A stretch of DNA of 39,646 nt. Source: a virus (taxonomy: Duplodnaviria > Caudoviricetes). Position numbers and translations under genes: made by a program. Positions 9,040 through 17,932 of this stretch are shown one piece after another. The first letter of the stretch is position 1. Every line of letters starts with the position of its first letter. The DNA is taken from the IMG/VR virus record IMGVR_UViG_3300043416_000264, positions 1-39,646 of that record. One strand, 5' to 3'. The notes below the pieces were generated by a model that worked only from the letters and a program-made list of their open reading frames with translations, did no database searches and was not told the DNA's origin.

Positions 9040-9258
9040 ATGTCACAACTTACACGTGTTGCTAAGATCCTTCGTCGTAATAACACTGGTGCAGGTATTA
9101 CACCTCAACAGGTAGCTAAGGCAGCGAGTGTTCCGCTTAAGAATGTTTACAAGCGGGTGAGCGATCTTCGCCTAAATGAGGGTCGTCGAATTTATAGCAA
9201 TTACCGTACAGTAAATGGACAGCGTAAGATGTTCTATCGGTTCGCAGCCAATAGCTAA
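9040..9258 (+). CDS. small basic winged helix-turn-helix-like DNA-binding protein
   Basis: GITPQQVAKAASVPLKNVYKRVSDLR helix pattern followed by a beta hairpin; own promoter, RBS and terminator. Confidence 0.65.
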   Translation: MSQLTRVAKILRRNNTGAGITPQQVAKAASVPLKNVYKRVSDLRLNEGRRIYSNYRTVNGQRKMFYRFAANS

Positions 9259-9280
9259 TATCTAACAGTTCGTTTTCAAC

Positions 9281-9314
9281 AGGGAGATGAGAGAAATCTC
9301 ATCTCTCTTTTTTT
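9281..9314 (+). terminator. rho-independent terminator
   Basis: AGGGAGATGAGA-GAAA-TCTCATCTCTCT stem followed by a T run. Confidence 0.85.
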
Positions 9315-9316
9315 AT

Positions 9317-9345
9317 TTGACACGATATTCTGCTTGCTATATACT
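9317..9345 (+). promoter_or_regulatory. sigma70-type promoter
   Basis: TTGACA-17 bp-TATACT directly after the terminator. Confidence 0.7.
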
Positions 9346-9391
9346 TTTGTCATTATGACTTGTTTCAACTTTTATTAGGAGTGCCGTTATT

Positions 9392-10210
9392 ATGCAGTTA
9401 ACAATCAAATCTGAAGAACTGAGAAAGTGTAAATTGATGGTGTGTACTCCAATGTATGGAGGTCAGTGTGTAGGGCTTTATATGAAAGCATGTCTTGATC
9501 TACAGGCTCTAACAATTAGATATGGTATTGAAACTAAATTTTCATTTCTATTCAATGAAAGCTTGATCACCCGTGCTAGAAATTATCTTGTAGATGAATT
9601 CATCAGATCAGAATACACACATTTACTATTCATCGATTCTGACATTCTATTTGATCCAAATGATGTAATGGCTCTACTTGCTCTTGATAAAGATATCATT
9701 GGTGCACCTTATCCAAAGAAATCAATCAATTGGCGTGCTGTTTGGAATGGTTCAAAGAAACTTCTTTCAGACAAGAATTTTGATGAATCTAAGTTTAATC
9801 CCGGTGAACTTGAAGGATTGACAGGTGAATATGTATTCAATACGGTTCCTGGTACAAAATCTTTCAATGTTCAAGAGCCTCTAGAAGTCATGGAAATTGG
9901 TACTGGTTTTATGATGATCAAGAGAGCAGTTTTTGATAAGTTCAAGGAAGAATATCCACACTTGAATTACAAACCAGATCATCTAGGTCAAGCAAATTTT
10001 GATGGTTCACGATACATTCATGCATACTTTGATACTGTAATTGATCCTGACAGTCACCGATATCTATCAGAAGATTATATGTTTTGTCAATATTTTAGGG
10101 CAATTGGAGGGAAAATCTGGTTATGTCCATGGATGAAAACAACCCATGTTGGAACCTATGGGTTTTCTGGTGACATGCCAAAGATCGCTGCTATAAATGG
10201 TGCACTTTGA
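9392..10210 (+). CDS. GT-A fold glycosyltransferase-like protein
   Basis: CTPMYGG, ESLITRARN, THLLFIDSDI (DxD), GTGFMMIKR, YLSEDYMFC. Confidence 0.8.
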   Translation: MQLTIKSEELRKCKLMVCTPMYGGQCVGLYMKACLDLQALTIRYGIETKFSFLFNESLITRARNYLVDEFIRSEYTHLLFIDSDILFDPNDVMALLALDKDIIGAPYPKKSINWRAVWNGSKKLLSDKNFDESKFNPGELEGLTGEYVFNTVPGTKSFNVQEPLEVMEIGTGFMMIKRAVFDKFKEEYPHLNYKPDHLGQANFDGSRYIHAYFDTVIDPDSHRYLSEDYMFCQYFRAIGGKIWLCPWMKTTHVGTYGFSGDMPKIAAINGAL

Positions 10211-10225
10211 GACTTAATGATTTAG

Positions 10226-10292
10226 CTAAATAGATGTAGGTCACGGAGTCCCCACTCCCACCTACTCTAACACCATCTAGGAGTGTCAGCAC
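10226..10292 (+). promoter_or_regulatory. late-promoter-like box and structured leader of the HNH gene
   Basis: CTAAATA 10226-10232; stem TAGA(T)GTAGGT/ACCTACTCTA enclosing GGAGT-CCCC-ACTCC; RBS AGGAG 10279-10283. Confidence 0.55.
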
Positions 10293-10733
10293 ATGCCTAT
10301 TTATCACAAACATCATATCACACCTAAACATATGGGAGGGTCTAACGATCCTTCAAATCTTGTCACCGTTACTATACAAGAACATGCTAATCTACACAAA
10401 CAGTTGTGGGAAGAATTAGGAAACGAAGAAGATCGTATAGCTTGGATGTGTCTTTCTGGTCAGATTTCAAATTCTGAAGCAACAATAATGGCAATAAAAA
10501 ATGCAAATACCGGGAGAAAAGTCTTTTTCAGTGAACAGCACCGCAAGAACTTAAAAGAGTCAAGAAAAAGACAAAAACCCCCAACTTTAGGTATGAAATT
10601 TAAAGAAGAACATACTAAAAAAATTCTTATGTCTTTACATAAAGAAATTATTTGTGAATGTTGTAATAGAAAATTTAATGGAAAATCTAATTACAATAGG
10701 CATATACAATATATGAAAAAGGAAAATATATAA
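10293..10733 (+). mobile_element. free-standing HNH homing endonuclease with a NUMOD3-like segment and C-terminal Zn finger
   Basis: HKHHITPKHMGGSNDPSNLVTVTIQEHANLH (HNH), FSEQHRKNL, CECC...H. Confidence 0.85.
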
Positions 10734-11389
10734 TGGCTTTAATAGGTCTTGTAGGCTTTGCAGGATCAGGTAAAGATACTGTTGCTAATATATTGAATGA
10801 TGTTCATAAATATGAAAAAACAGCTTTTGCTGATCCTTTGAAAGATGCTGTATCAATAATCTTTGATTGGCCTAGATATCTACTAGAAGGTGATAGTGAA
10901 TCTTCTAGGACTTTCCGTGAAAAACCTGATCCTTACTGGTCTGAGAAGTTTGGTAAGGATTTTACTCCTAGAATGGCTCTACAAAGATTAGGAACTGAAG
11001 CTTGCCGTCAAACATTTCATCAAGATATTTGGATTCTCAATTTGGAGAAAAGAATATCTAATCAGAATAATGTTGTTGTGACTGATGTCCGTTTTCCTAA
11101 TGAAATTGAATTCATCAAGAAAATGGGTGGCCATGTTGTTAGAGTAAAGCGTGGTGATGAACCAGAATGGTGGAATTATGCAAAGCATGATAATGACGGC
11201 AATACATATGATGGATCAACATTAATGACCGTTCATTTTCCAAATATCCATGTATCAGAATGGGCATGGATAGGTCATCAAGATATTCAATATACGATAT
11301 TCAATGTTGGATCTATGGATGATTTGCGAACAAATGTAAGAAATTTCTTGCATTCAATAGAAACTTTTGATACACTTCTATCTGCTTAA
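10733..11389 (+). CDS. deoxynucleoside monophosphate kinase (T4 gp1-like)
   Basis: GFAGSGKDT, FADPLKD, PRMALQRLGTE, TDVRFPNE, HVSE. Confidence 0.9.
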   Translation: MALIGLVGFAGSGKDTVANILNDVHKYEKTAFADPLKDAVSIIFDWPRYLLEGDSESSRTFREKPDPYWSEKFGKDFTPRMALQRLGTEACRQTFHQDIWILNLEKRISNQNNVVVTDVRFPNEIEFIKKMGGHVVRVKRGDEPEWWNYAKHDNDGNTYDGSTLMTVHFPNIHVSEWAWIGHQDIQYTIFNVGSMDDLRTNVRNFLHSIETFDTLLSA

Positions 11390-11406
11390 CAAACGGAGAA
11401 TATATT

Positions 11407-12066
11407 ATGAAGCTGTCTGACTTTGCACTAACAATTATGAAGAACTTTTCTTCCATCAACTCTGGTATTGTTCTGAATTCTGGAACTTTACAAAGAACTT
11501 GGTCGATTGATAAAAGTATTCTTGTTGAAGCTGAACTTGAAGAAACATTTCCTTGTTCTTTTGGAATCTATGATCTAAATCAGTTTCTTGGAAATGTGAC
11601 GACACTCAAGAATCCTGACTTGACATTTACATCAGAGAATGTTATGATGAATGATGGTGAAACAGTTATCAAGTATAGGGCTTGTGATACAAGTTTGATT
11701 ACATCACCACCTAATAAGAGTCTTATTCTTAATGATCCTGATGTTACTTTTGATCTGTCTCAAGTATCATTGTCTAAGATTCTTAAGCTTGCAACAATGA
11801 ACAGTCTATCAAATATCTCCATCATTGGAGAAAATGGAAAGTTGAGGATTCAAGCACATGATAAGAGCAATGATAAGTCAAATGAGATTTTTACAGAACT
11901 AGAAGATTGGTCTGGAAAAGATTTTATTTGTACATTTAGATTAGAGAGCATCAAAGTTATTCCTGATAATTATACTGTTAGTATCAAGTTAGGTGCTTTC
12001 TCTAATTTTAGAAGCAAAACAAGAAATCTAAGTTATTTCATTACACTATTAACTAAAACTAAGTGA
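11407..12066 (+). CDS. gp45: sliding clamp gp45
   Basis: MKLS...KNFSSINSGI, FGIYDLNQFL; position before gp44/gp62. Confidence 0.9.
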   Translation: MKLSDFALTIMKNFSSINSGIVLNSGTLQRTWSIDKSILVEAELEETFPCSFGIYDLNQFLGNVTTLKNPDLTFTSENVMMNDGETVIKYRACDTSLITSPPNKSLILNDPDVTFDLSQVSLSKILKLATMNSLSNISIIGENGKLRIQAHDKSNDKSNEIFTELEDWSGKDFICTFRLESIKVIPDNYTVSIKLGAFSNFRSKTRNLSYFITLLTKTK

Positions 12067-12075
12067 GGATAAATT

Positions 12076-12372
12076 ATGTCGATGATTGGTCACAATAAGC
12101 TCTTCGTAAGTGTAAATTCTTTATCACAAAATGATAAAGATAAATTGAAGGGTGTTATTAAAGAACTGAATGATTCTATGACACGTGTTGCCGCAGAAAA
12201 AGAACTTCAAAATGAATCAATTACTAAAGTGTGTGATAATCTTGGTCTTGATAAGAAACTAATTCGACGCATGGCTAAGACATACTTTAAGGCTAACTTT
12301 AATGATGAAGTTGAAGAAAACAATAAGTTTGAAGATTTCTATACAGTGATTATGAATATCACTAAGTCTTAA
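12076..12372 (+). CDS. T4 DsbA-like double-stranded DNA-binding protein
   Basis: ELNDSMTRVAAEKEL...LDKKLIRRMAKTYFKANFNDEVEE helical pattern. Confidence 0.65.
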   Translation: MSMIGHNKLFVSVNSLSQNDKDKLKGVIKELNDSMTRVAAEKELQNESITKVCDNLGLDKKLIRRMAKTYFKANFNDEVEENNKFEDFYTVIMNITKS

Positions 12373-12388
12373 TTTGGAGCAATATATT

Positions 12389-13324
12389 ATGGAAGACTTT
12401 CTGTGGTGCCAAAAATATAGACCTAAGACTGTTGATGAATGCATTCTTCCTGAGAGACTGAAAACAGTCTTTCAGGAATTTGTTAATTCTGGTAACATTC
12501 CAAATCTTCTTCTTTCGGGTACAGCTGGCGTTGGTAAAACAACTGTAGCCATTGCAATGTGTGAAGAACTCAATATTGATTATATTTTTATCAATTCTTC
12601 TGATGAGAGAGGTATTGATACACTCAGAAACAAGATCAAGGGTTATGCATCCACTTTCTCTTTTGAGGGTAAGAGAAAGGTCATCATTCTAGATGAGGCA
12701 GATTATATTACACCAGAAGCACAAGCAGCGTTGAGAGGTGCTATTGAAGAATTCTCTAATAACTGTACCTTTATCTTTACATGTAACTTCAAAGCACGTT
12801 TGATTGAAGCTATTCATTCACGTTGTTCTGTTATTGATTTTTCATTACATTCTGATGAAAAGCCTAAGATGGCTGGAGCATTTTTCAATCGTCTTTCTGA
12901 AATTCTTAAGTTAGAAAATGTTGATTATGATAAAGCATCGTTGATTGAGATCATTAAGAAGTTCTTTCCTGATTATCGAAGAACTATGAATGAGCTTCAG
13001 AGATTTTCTAAGAATGGTACAATTGATGCTTCTGTTATTGCACAAGTTTCATTGGTTAAGAGTATTGATGATCTTGTAAAGAGTTTGAAAGATAAGAACT
13101 TTGGTGAGATGCGAAAGTGGGTAGTCTTGAATTCTGATATAGATTGTGCTAGACTATATCGGAAGATATATGATGGACTTTATGTGTATATGAAGCCAGA
13201 GAGTATACCACAAGCTGTCGTTATTTTGGCTAAGTATCAATATCAGAGTGCCTTTGTTGCTGATCAGGAGATCAATCTAGTGGCTTGTTTGACAGAAATC
13301 ATGATAGAATGTGAGATGAAGTAA
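12389..13324 (+). CDS. gp44: clamp loader ATPase subunit gp44
   Basis: LWCQKYRP, GTAGVGKTT, IILDEAD, AQAALR, IHSRC, DQEINLVACLTE. Confidence 0.95.
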   Translation: MEDFLWCQKYRPKTVDECILPERLKTVFQEFVNSGNIPNLLLSGTAGVGKTTVAIAMCEELNIDYIFINSSDERGIDTLRNKIKGYASTFSFEGKRKVIILDEADYITPEAQAALRGAIEEFSNNCTFIFTCNFKARLIEAIHSRCSVIDFSLHSDEKPKMAGAFFNRLSEILKLENVDYDKASLIEIIKKFFPDYRRTMNELQRFSKNGTIDASVIAQVSLVKSIDDLVKSLKDKNFGEMRKWVVLNSDIDCARLYRKIYDGLYVYMKPESIPQAVVILAKYQYQSAFVADQEINLVACLTEIMIECEMK

Positions 13325-13325
13325 A

Positions 13326-13493
13326 ATGAACAATAAAGCATGGGATATGTTGCGTAGTCAGTTTAAACCTGACGGAAAAGGCAGATTTAAAACACTACAG
13401 GCAATGCATGTAGCTAAACAACTTGCAGAAGAAAATGAAATTCTTCGCAATATAATTCGTGATTATGAACGTCAATTTCAGGATAAGAAATGA
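13326..13493 (+). CDS. hypothetical protein (55 aa) between gp44 and gp62; absent from the ORF track
   Basis: MNNKAWDMLRSQFKPDGKGRFKTLQAMHVAKQLAEENEILRNIIRDYERQFQDKK*; fills the gap, and its stop overlaps the gp62 start (ATGA). Confidence 0.65.
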   Translation: MNNKAWDMLRSQFKPDGKGRFKTLQAMHVAKQLAEENEILRNIIRDYERQFQDKK

Positions 13494-13900
13494 CTGATCT
13501 ATTCAAAGAAATCATACCTTCAATCTTACAGACTAAGAAATCTGTAATCACAGAGGACAACAAGCGGGATTATGTTCCGTTTGTTGTCAATAAGGCTCTT
13601 TCATTTCATTATGATTGTATTATGCATGTCAATCAAATGAATATGCATCCTAATCTTGATAATGATCTTCAATACCAATATTATCTAAATAGCATAAGGT
13701 CCTATAAACGACCATTTCAAAAATGGATTAAGAGAGATACTATTGCCAATATAGAACTGATCAAGCAGTATTACAATTGCTCAACAGAAAAAGCTAAAGA
13801 GGCATTATCTATTCTCACTACCGACCAAATTGATATTATAAAGAATAAGTTAGATAAAGGTGGTATTGATGTTAAACATAAGCGACTTGATAGAGGTTAA
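13490..13900 (+). CDS. gp62: clamp loader small subunit gp62
   Basis: YVPFVVNKALS, QYQYYLNSIR, IKQYYNCSTEKAKEAL, LDKGG. Confidence 0.9.
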   Translation: MTDLFKEIIPSILQTKKSVITEDNKRDYVPFVVNKALSFHYDCIMHVNQMNMHPNLDNDLQYQYYLNSIRSYKRPFQKWIKRDTIANIELIKQYYNCSTEKAKEALSILTTDQIDIIKNKLDKGGIDVKHKRLDRG

Positions 13901-14267
13901 ATTATTTGAACCAGACGATTTCCTGAAAGTAAAAGAAACACTAACACGAATTGGTGTTGCTTCTAAAAAAGAAAAAACTCTATATCAATCTTGCCATATT
14001 CTACATAAGCAAGGACGTTATTTTATTGTTCATTTCAAGCAAATGTTCATGCTTGATGGTAAAAAATCAGACTTTTCTGATGATGATAGAGCAAGATTGA
14101 ATACTATTGCTAACTTATTACATGACTGGGAATTGATTAATCTTATTAATGAAAACAAAAGCAAATCACCTGTTGCTGCATTAAGTCAAATCAAAATTAT
14201 TACACACAAAGAGAAAGAAGCTTGGAAATTGGTCACAAAGTATAGTATTGGAAAAAAACAAAAGTAG
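13869..14267 (+). CDS. regA: translational repressor RegA
   Basis: PDDFLKVKETLTRIGVAS, LYQSCHILHKQGRYFIVHFK, KYSIG. Confidence 0.95.
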   Translation: MLNISDLIEVKLFEPDDFLKVKETLTRIGVASKKEKTLYQSCHILHKQGRYFIVHFKQMFMLDGKKSDFSDDDRARLNTIANLLHDWELINLINENKSKSPVAALSQIKIITHKEKEAWKLVTKYSIGKKQK

Positions 14268-14273
14268 AAACCA

Positions 14274-14441
14274 ATGGCACAATTTAGAAAAGACTCTCAT
14301 CAATATCTTTCTCAAGAAACAACTATATTTGAAGTTGTTATGTTAGCAGATCAATATGGTAATCTTGTTGGTGCTGCAAATCCTTCTGGCACTGCGGTGG
14401 ATGCTTGTATAGGTGCAATAAATTGAATGGAAATAACATAA
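14274..14441 (+). pseudogene. probable internally deleted relic of a longer phage gene (N- and C-termini fused)
   Basis: MAQFRKDSHQYLSQETTIFEVVMLADQYGNLVGAANPSGTAVDA|CIGAIN*MEIT*; 50-aa ORF to TGA 14424-14426, then in-frame MEIT-TAA. Confidence 0.45.
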
Positions 14442-14460
14442 AACATGGAGAGTGAATATT

Positions 14461-14991
14461 ATGACTACATTGAAAATTTATAAGACTTTTTCTTCAATCG
14501 AATTACCTAAATTCGCAACAGAACAATCAGCTTGTTTTGATCTCTCATTTCAAAATGCAGGGAAATTTGATTATTCTGGATTCAATAAAATGAATAAAGC
14601 ATTTACAAGACCATTTAAGGATGGTAGATTGTATGTGAATGCTGGTGATAGAACCATGGTACCAACAGGTCTCATCTTTGATATTCCAAAAGGATATTCT
14701 ATTCGTGTTCATGCAAGATCAGGAATGTCACTAAAGCAAGGTCTAGTTCTAGCTAACTCTGAAGGTGTAATCGATTCTGATTATGTAGAAGAAACATTTG
14801 TTCTGATTATGAATGTTTCAGATAATGGTCATTGGCTCACTCCTGGAGACAGAATTGCACAAGCTGAACTAGTAAAGTCTGAAGTATATAATATTGAAGA
14901 ACGTAAGACGAGACCAACAGTCAAGACAGATAGAATTGGTGGTATTGGTTCAACAGGAGTGACAATCAATGTTACAACAGCTAACACTTGA
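14461..14991 (+). CDS. dut: trimeric dUTPase
   Basis: SACFDL, VPTGL, RSG, GVIDSDY, GDRIAQ, RIGGIGSTG. Confidence 0.9.
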   Translation: MTTLKIYKTFSSIELPKFATEQSACFDLSFQNAGKFDYSGFNKMNKAFTRPFKDGRLYVNAGDRTMVPTGLIFDIPKGYSIRVHARSGMSLKQGLVLANSEGVIDSDYVEETFVLIMNVSDNGHWLTPGDRIAQAELVKSEVYNIEERKTRPTVKTDRIGGIGSTGVTINVTTANT

Positions 14992-15256
14992 TAGAATCAA
15001 AGTCAAAGAGTCAACATATATTGAGATTGATAATGGTATAACAATATATGTTGATGCAAATAAGAATGTGTTCATTGATGGTCATGATAAGTTATTCATT
15101 CGATCCACTGACTCTGTTGACATTGATGCTAAAAATATCAATCTGAATGCCAAAGAAAATGTTCACATTGGTTCTGGTAAAAACATCACACAACAAGCAC
15201 CAAGAATTGATTTGAATCCAGATGGTGATGCTTCTGGTTATATGGGTAAGAAATAA
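14969..15256 (+). CDS. short beta-rich protein resembling the C-terminal beta-helix of the baseplate spike gp5
   Basis: Repeating beta strands VDIDAKNINLNAKENVHIGSGKNITQQAPRIDLNP; sits directly upstream of a PAAR-like gene. Confidence 0.5.
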   Translation: MLQQLTLDRIKVKESTYIEIDNGITIYVDANKNVFIDGHDKLFIRSTDSVDIDAKNINLNAKENVHIGSGKNITQQAPRIDLNPDGDASGYMGKK

Positions 15257-15543
15257 TGCCCGGTTCTCACAGAGATGCAGATGATAGATTCTGCACTGCA
15301 CTAACAATAGTTACTGGACAATCAACAGTGTTTGTGAACGATCTATTGTGGGCAGTAGAGGGTGATCAAAATAGTCACGACAATGGACAACTGATTGCTT
15401 TTTATGGTGCTAAGAATATTTTTGTAGAAAACAAATTGATAATCTGTGCTGTTGGTGATAAAGCAGCACCAGATAATTTCGGTCATCCTGGTCCACCAAC
15501 TGATCCTAAATCATCATCAACAAACACTTTTGTATATGATTAG
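15256..15543 (+). CDS. PAAR-like spike tip protein (T4 gp5.4-like)
   Basis: MPGSHRDAD...GQSTVFVN...VEGD...H...VGD...H...SSTNTFV pattern; 95 aa. Confidence 0.75.
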   Translation: MPGSHRDADDRFCTALTIVTGQSTVFVNDLLWAVEGDQNSHDNGQLIAFYGAKNIFVENKLIICAVGDKAAPDNFGHPGPPTDPKSSSTNTFVYD

Positions 15544-15582
15544 CTCTTGACAATCGTTTCAAAAAGTGTTATATATATTAAT

Positions 15583-15678
15583 ACTGAGGGATAAATTGTT
15601 TAGCGTACCTCAGTTCTTTGCAACACGATTCTGCCGAAAGGAGAATCATTTTAACTCTCGCTTTATAAGGAGAAACAC
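15583..15678 (+). promoter_or_regulatory. ROSE-like RNA thermometer in the hsp20 leader
   Basis: Three hairpins; the last, TCTC(G)CTT-TAT-AAGGAGA, contains UCGCU paired to the SD with a bulged G. Confidence 0.65.
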
Positions 15679-16107
15679 ATGACACAAAATGTTCCACACT
15701 TTGATTCATTTTCATTCTCAACCAATCTTTCCAAAGCATCTGTCGGTTTTGATGAACTATTTAATAAGTTCTCTGATACGATGAAGGTTGCTGGATATCC
15801 TCCCTACAATATCAAGAAAACTAGTGACAATACATATGTCATTGAAATGGCAGTTGCTGGTTTTGGTAGACAGGATATTGAGTTAACACTTGAAGATGGT
15901 GTTCTATCAATCAAAGGAGAACTTAAGACTGATGAAAAGAATGATTATCTTTTCAAAGGTATCGCTGATCGTGCATTCACTCGCAAGTTTACTCTTGCTG
16001 ATACTATTGAAATCAAGAATGCTGATATGTTGAATGGTATGCTTCGTGTCTGGTTGGAACGAATGATACCAGAACATAAGAAAAGCAAAAAAATTGAAAT
16101 AAAATAA
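15679..16107 (+). CDS. small heat-shock protein (Hsp20/IbpA family)
   Basis: VGFD, YPPYNI, IEMAVAGF, KGIADRAFTRKFTLA, NGML, IEIK tail. Confidence 0.95.
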   Translation: MTQNVPHFDSFSFSTNLSKASVGFDELFNKFSDTMKVAGYPPYNIKKTSDNTYVIEMAVAGFGRQDIELTLEDGVLSIKGELKTDEKNDYLFKGIADRAFTRKFTLADTIEIKNADMLNGMLRVWLERMIPEHKKSKKIEIK

Positions 16108-16137
16108 TAAGAAAACATTCCTTAGAGACTAAAATAA

Positions 16138-16166
16138 ATCAGCCGGGGTTGGTTCTCCCGGCTGAT
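16138..16166. terminator. GC-rich hairpin between hsp20 and the lysin gene (terminator or processing site)
   Basis: ATCAGCCGGG...CCCGGCTGAT 10-bp stem; no plus-strand U tail, A-rich on the left. Confidence 0.5.
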
Positions 16167-16205
16167 GCTATATAATATCATCAAGCAATATATCGAGGTA
16201 ATAAT

Positions 16206-17501
16206 ATGCAAGTAATGAATGTGTTTATTGAAATTCAAAAAATGTTATATGATCAAAAGCTATTACAGTTTGATGATATTGATGGTAAAGTAGGTCCTAA
16301 AACAAGAGTTGCTATTGATAAGTATCTAACACAGATTAATATCAATACCGATAAATGGTCAGCAACAAGAAAACTTACAGCAATAGAACAAGTAGTTCTA
16401 AAAGACCAGAAACTCTATTTTGGTGATATTGATGGTCTTGTTGGTACACAAACTAACCATGCTCGTGAATTATATCAAGCAAATCTTACCTTGACGTGGC
16501 GTGATAGATATAATAAGATATTTGGTTCAACAGAAACTAAAAAAGAAGAACCTGTAGTTGGTCCTCCAATTGATCGTTCACAATTCTTTGATGAACTAAA
16601 AGATATTAATGTTGTACGTGCTTTTGCTGGTCGTATGGCATCAGAAGTTGGTGGTCAAGGTCGTGAAGCTCAAGTAGCATGGACTGAAACAACATTCAAC
16701 AGAGCAGCTGCTAGAAAGAAAACACTTCTTCAAACTGTTACTGGTTCTTATTTTCCAACAAATGATCCTGGTTCATCAGATAATAAAACATTCCATTCTA
16801 TCATTCGTGAAGTTGCCGAAAAGGGAACAAACACTACTAATGGTGCAACAGGTAATGCATCAGCAATGGTAGGCTTTGGTCAAGGTAAGACAATCAAGAA
16901 AGATGATGGTAGTATATGGGCACCAGGACAGACTGCTGAGTTTGGTGGTGAAAGATTTGGTGTAGAAGTTGGTGATAAAAAATGGGTACCTAAGTATATC
17001 GAACCAAACAAATCAACTGTTATTGTTACAAAACAAGTTTGGCCATTACAAAGAGATTGTATGAGTTTTTATGGTAAAGTTGGAACTAATCAAGTAAATT
17101 GTCAAGTTCCTTTTCCTCTTGTTATTCCATGGGAAAAGAAAACAAAGCTTACTCAATATCAATGTCACAAGCTAGTTAAAGAACCTATGGAGCGAATCTG
17201 GCAGAGAACACTTGATTATTATGGTATGCAGAAGATTCAAGAGCTAGGTATCAATCTATTTGGTGGTTGCTTGAATGTTAGACCTATTCGAGGTGGTTCA
17301 ACATGGTCAATGCATTCATGGGGCATTGCTGTTGATATTGATCCCGATAGAAATGGTCTTCATACTTCATGGAAAGATTCTCAAATGTCAAAGCCTGAGT
17401 ATAAGAAGTTTATCGAGTTTTGGTATGATGAAGGTTTTATTAATTTAGGCAAAGAAGCTAACTTTGATTCTATGCATTTTCAGGCAGCCAGATTAAGATG
17501 A
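16206..17501 (+). CDS. multi-domain endolysin: peptidoglycan-binding repeats, central hydrolase-like domain, C-terminal M15 Zn peptidase
   Basis: DGKVGPKT and DGLVGTQT (PG-binding); ASEVGGQ...FNR; SMHSWGIAVDID and DSMHFQ. Confidence 0.8.
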   Translation: MQVMNVFIEIQKMLYDQKLLQFDDIDGKVGPKTRVAIDKYLTQININTDKWSATRKLTAIEQVVLKDQKLYFGDIDGLVGTQTNHARELYQANLTLTWRDRYNKIFGSTETKKEEPVVGPPIDRSQFFDELKDINVVRAFAGRMASEVGGQGREAQVAWTETTFNRAAARKKTLLQTVTGSYFPTNDPGSSDNKTFHSIIREVAEKGTNTTNGATGNASAMVGFGQGKTIKKDDGSIWAPGQTAEFGGERFGVEVGDKKWVPKYIEPNKSTVIVTKQVWPLQRDCMSFYGKVGTNQVNCQVPFPLVIPWEKKTKLTQYQCHKLVKEPMERIWQRTLDYYGMQKIQELGINLFGGCLNVRPIRGGSTWSMHSWGIAVDIDPDRNGLHTSWKDSQMSKPEYKKFIEFWYDEGFINLGKEANFDSMHFQAARLR

Positions 17502-17932
17502 AAAATTTTTGGAGTAAAGTAGATAAAACAAAAGATTGTTGGGAATGGAAAGCATATAAGGATAAAAAAGGATATGGAAAATTTAATTTAAATGGTAATA
17601 CTGTTAGAACACATAGGGTTTCTTGGATTTTGACATATGGTAATCCTGGCAATTTGTGTGTTTTACATAAATGTGATAATCCTTCTTGTGTTAATCCTGA
17701 GCATCTTTTTCTAGGTACTTACGATGATAATAATAAAGATCGAAATAAAAAAGGCAGACAAGCAAAAGGAGTCAATATTAAGAACTCAAAATTAAATGAG
17801 CTAGATATTCCTGTCATTAGAAAAAAAATTTCTAATGGTGAATCATATAGAAAAATTGCTAAAGATTACGGTATATCTCATGTACAGATTGTTTATATCA
17901 AAAATAAAAAAACTTGGAGTCATGTTTTATGA
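17498..17932 (+). mobile_element. HNH endonuclease with a C-terminal HTH
   Basis: FWSKVDK..CWEW, GYGKF, HRVSW, VLHKCDNPSCVNPEHLFLGT..DN, RKIAKDYGIS. Confidence 0.9.

Noticed and set aside
14424-14426. Genome-wide TGA=Trp or other stop-codon recoding
   Set aside because: TGA, TAG and TAA all end conserved genes at the expected positions (gp47, gp45, regA, gp43), and no suppressor tRNA is present.
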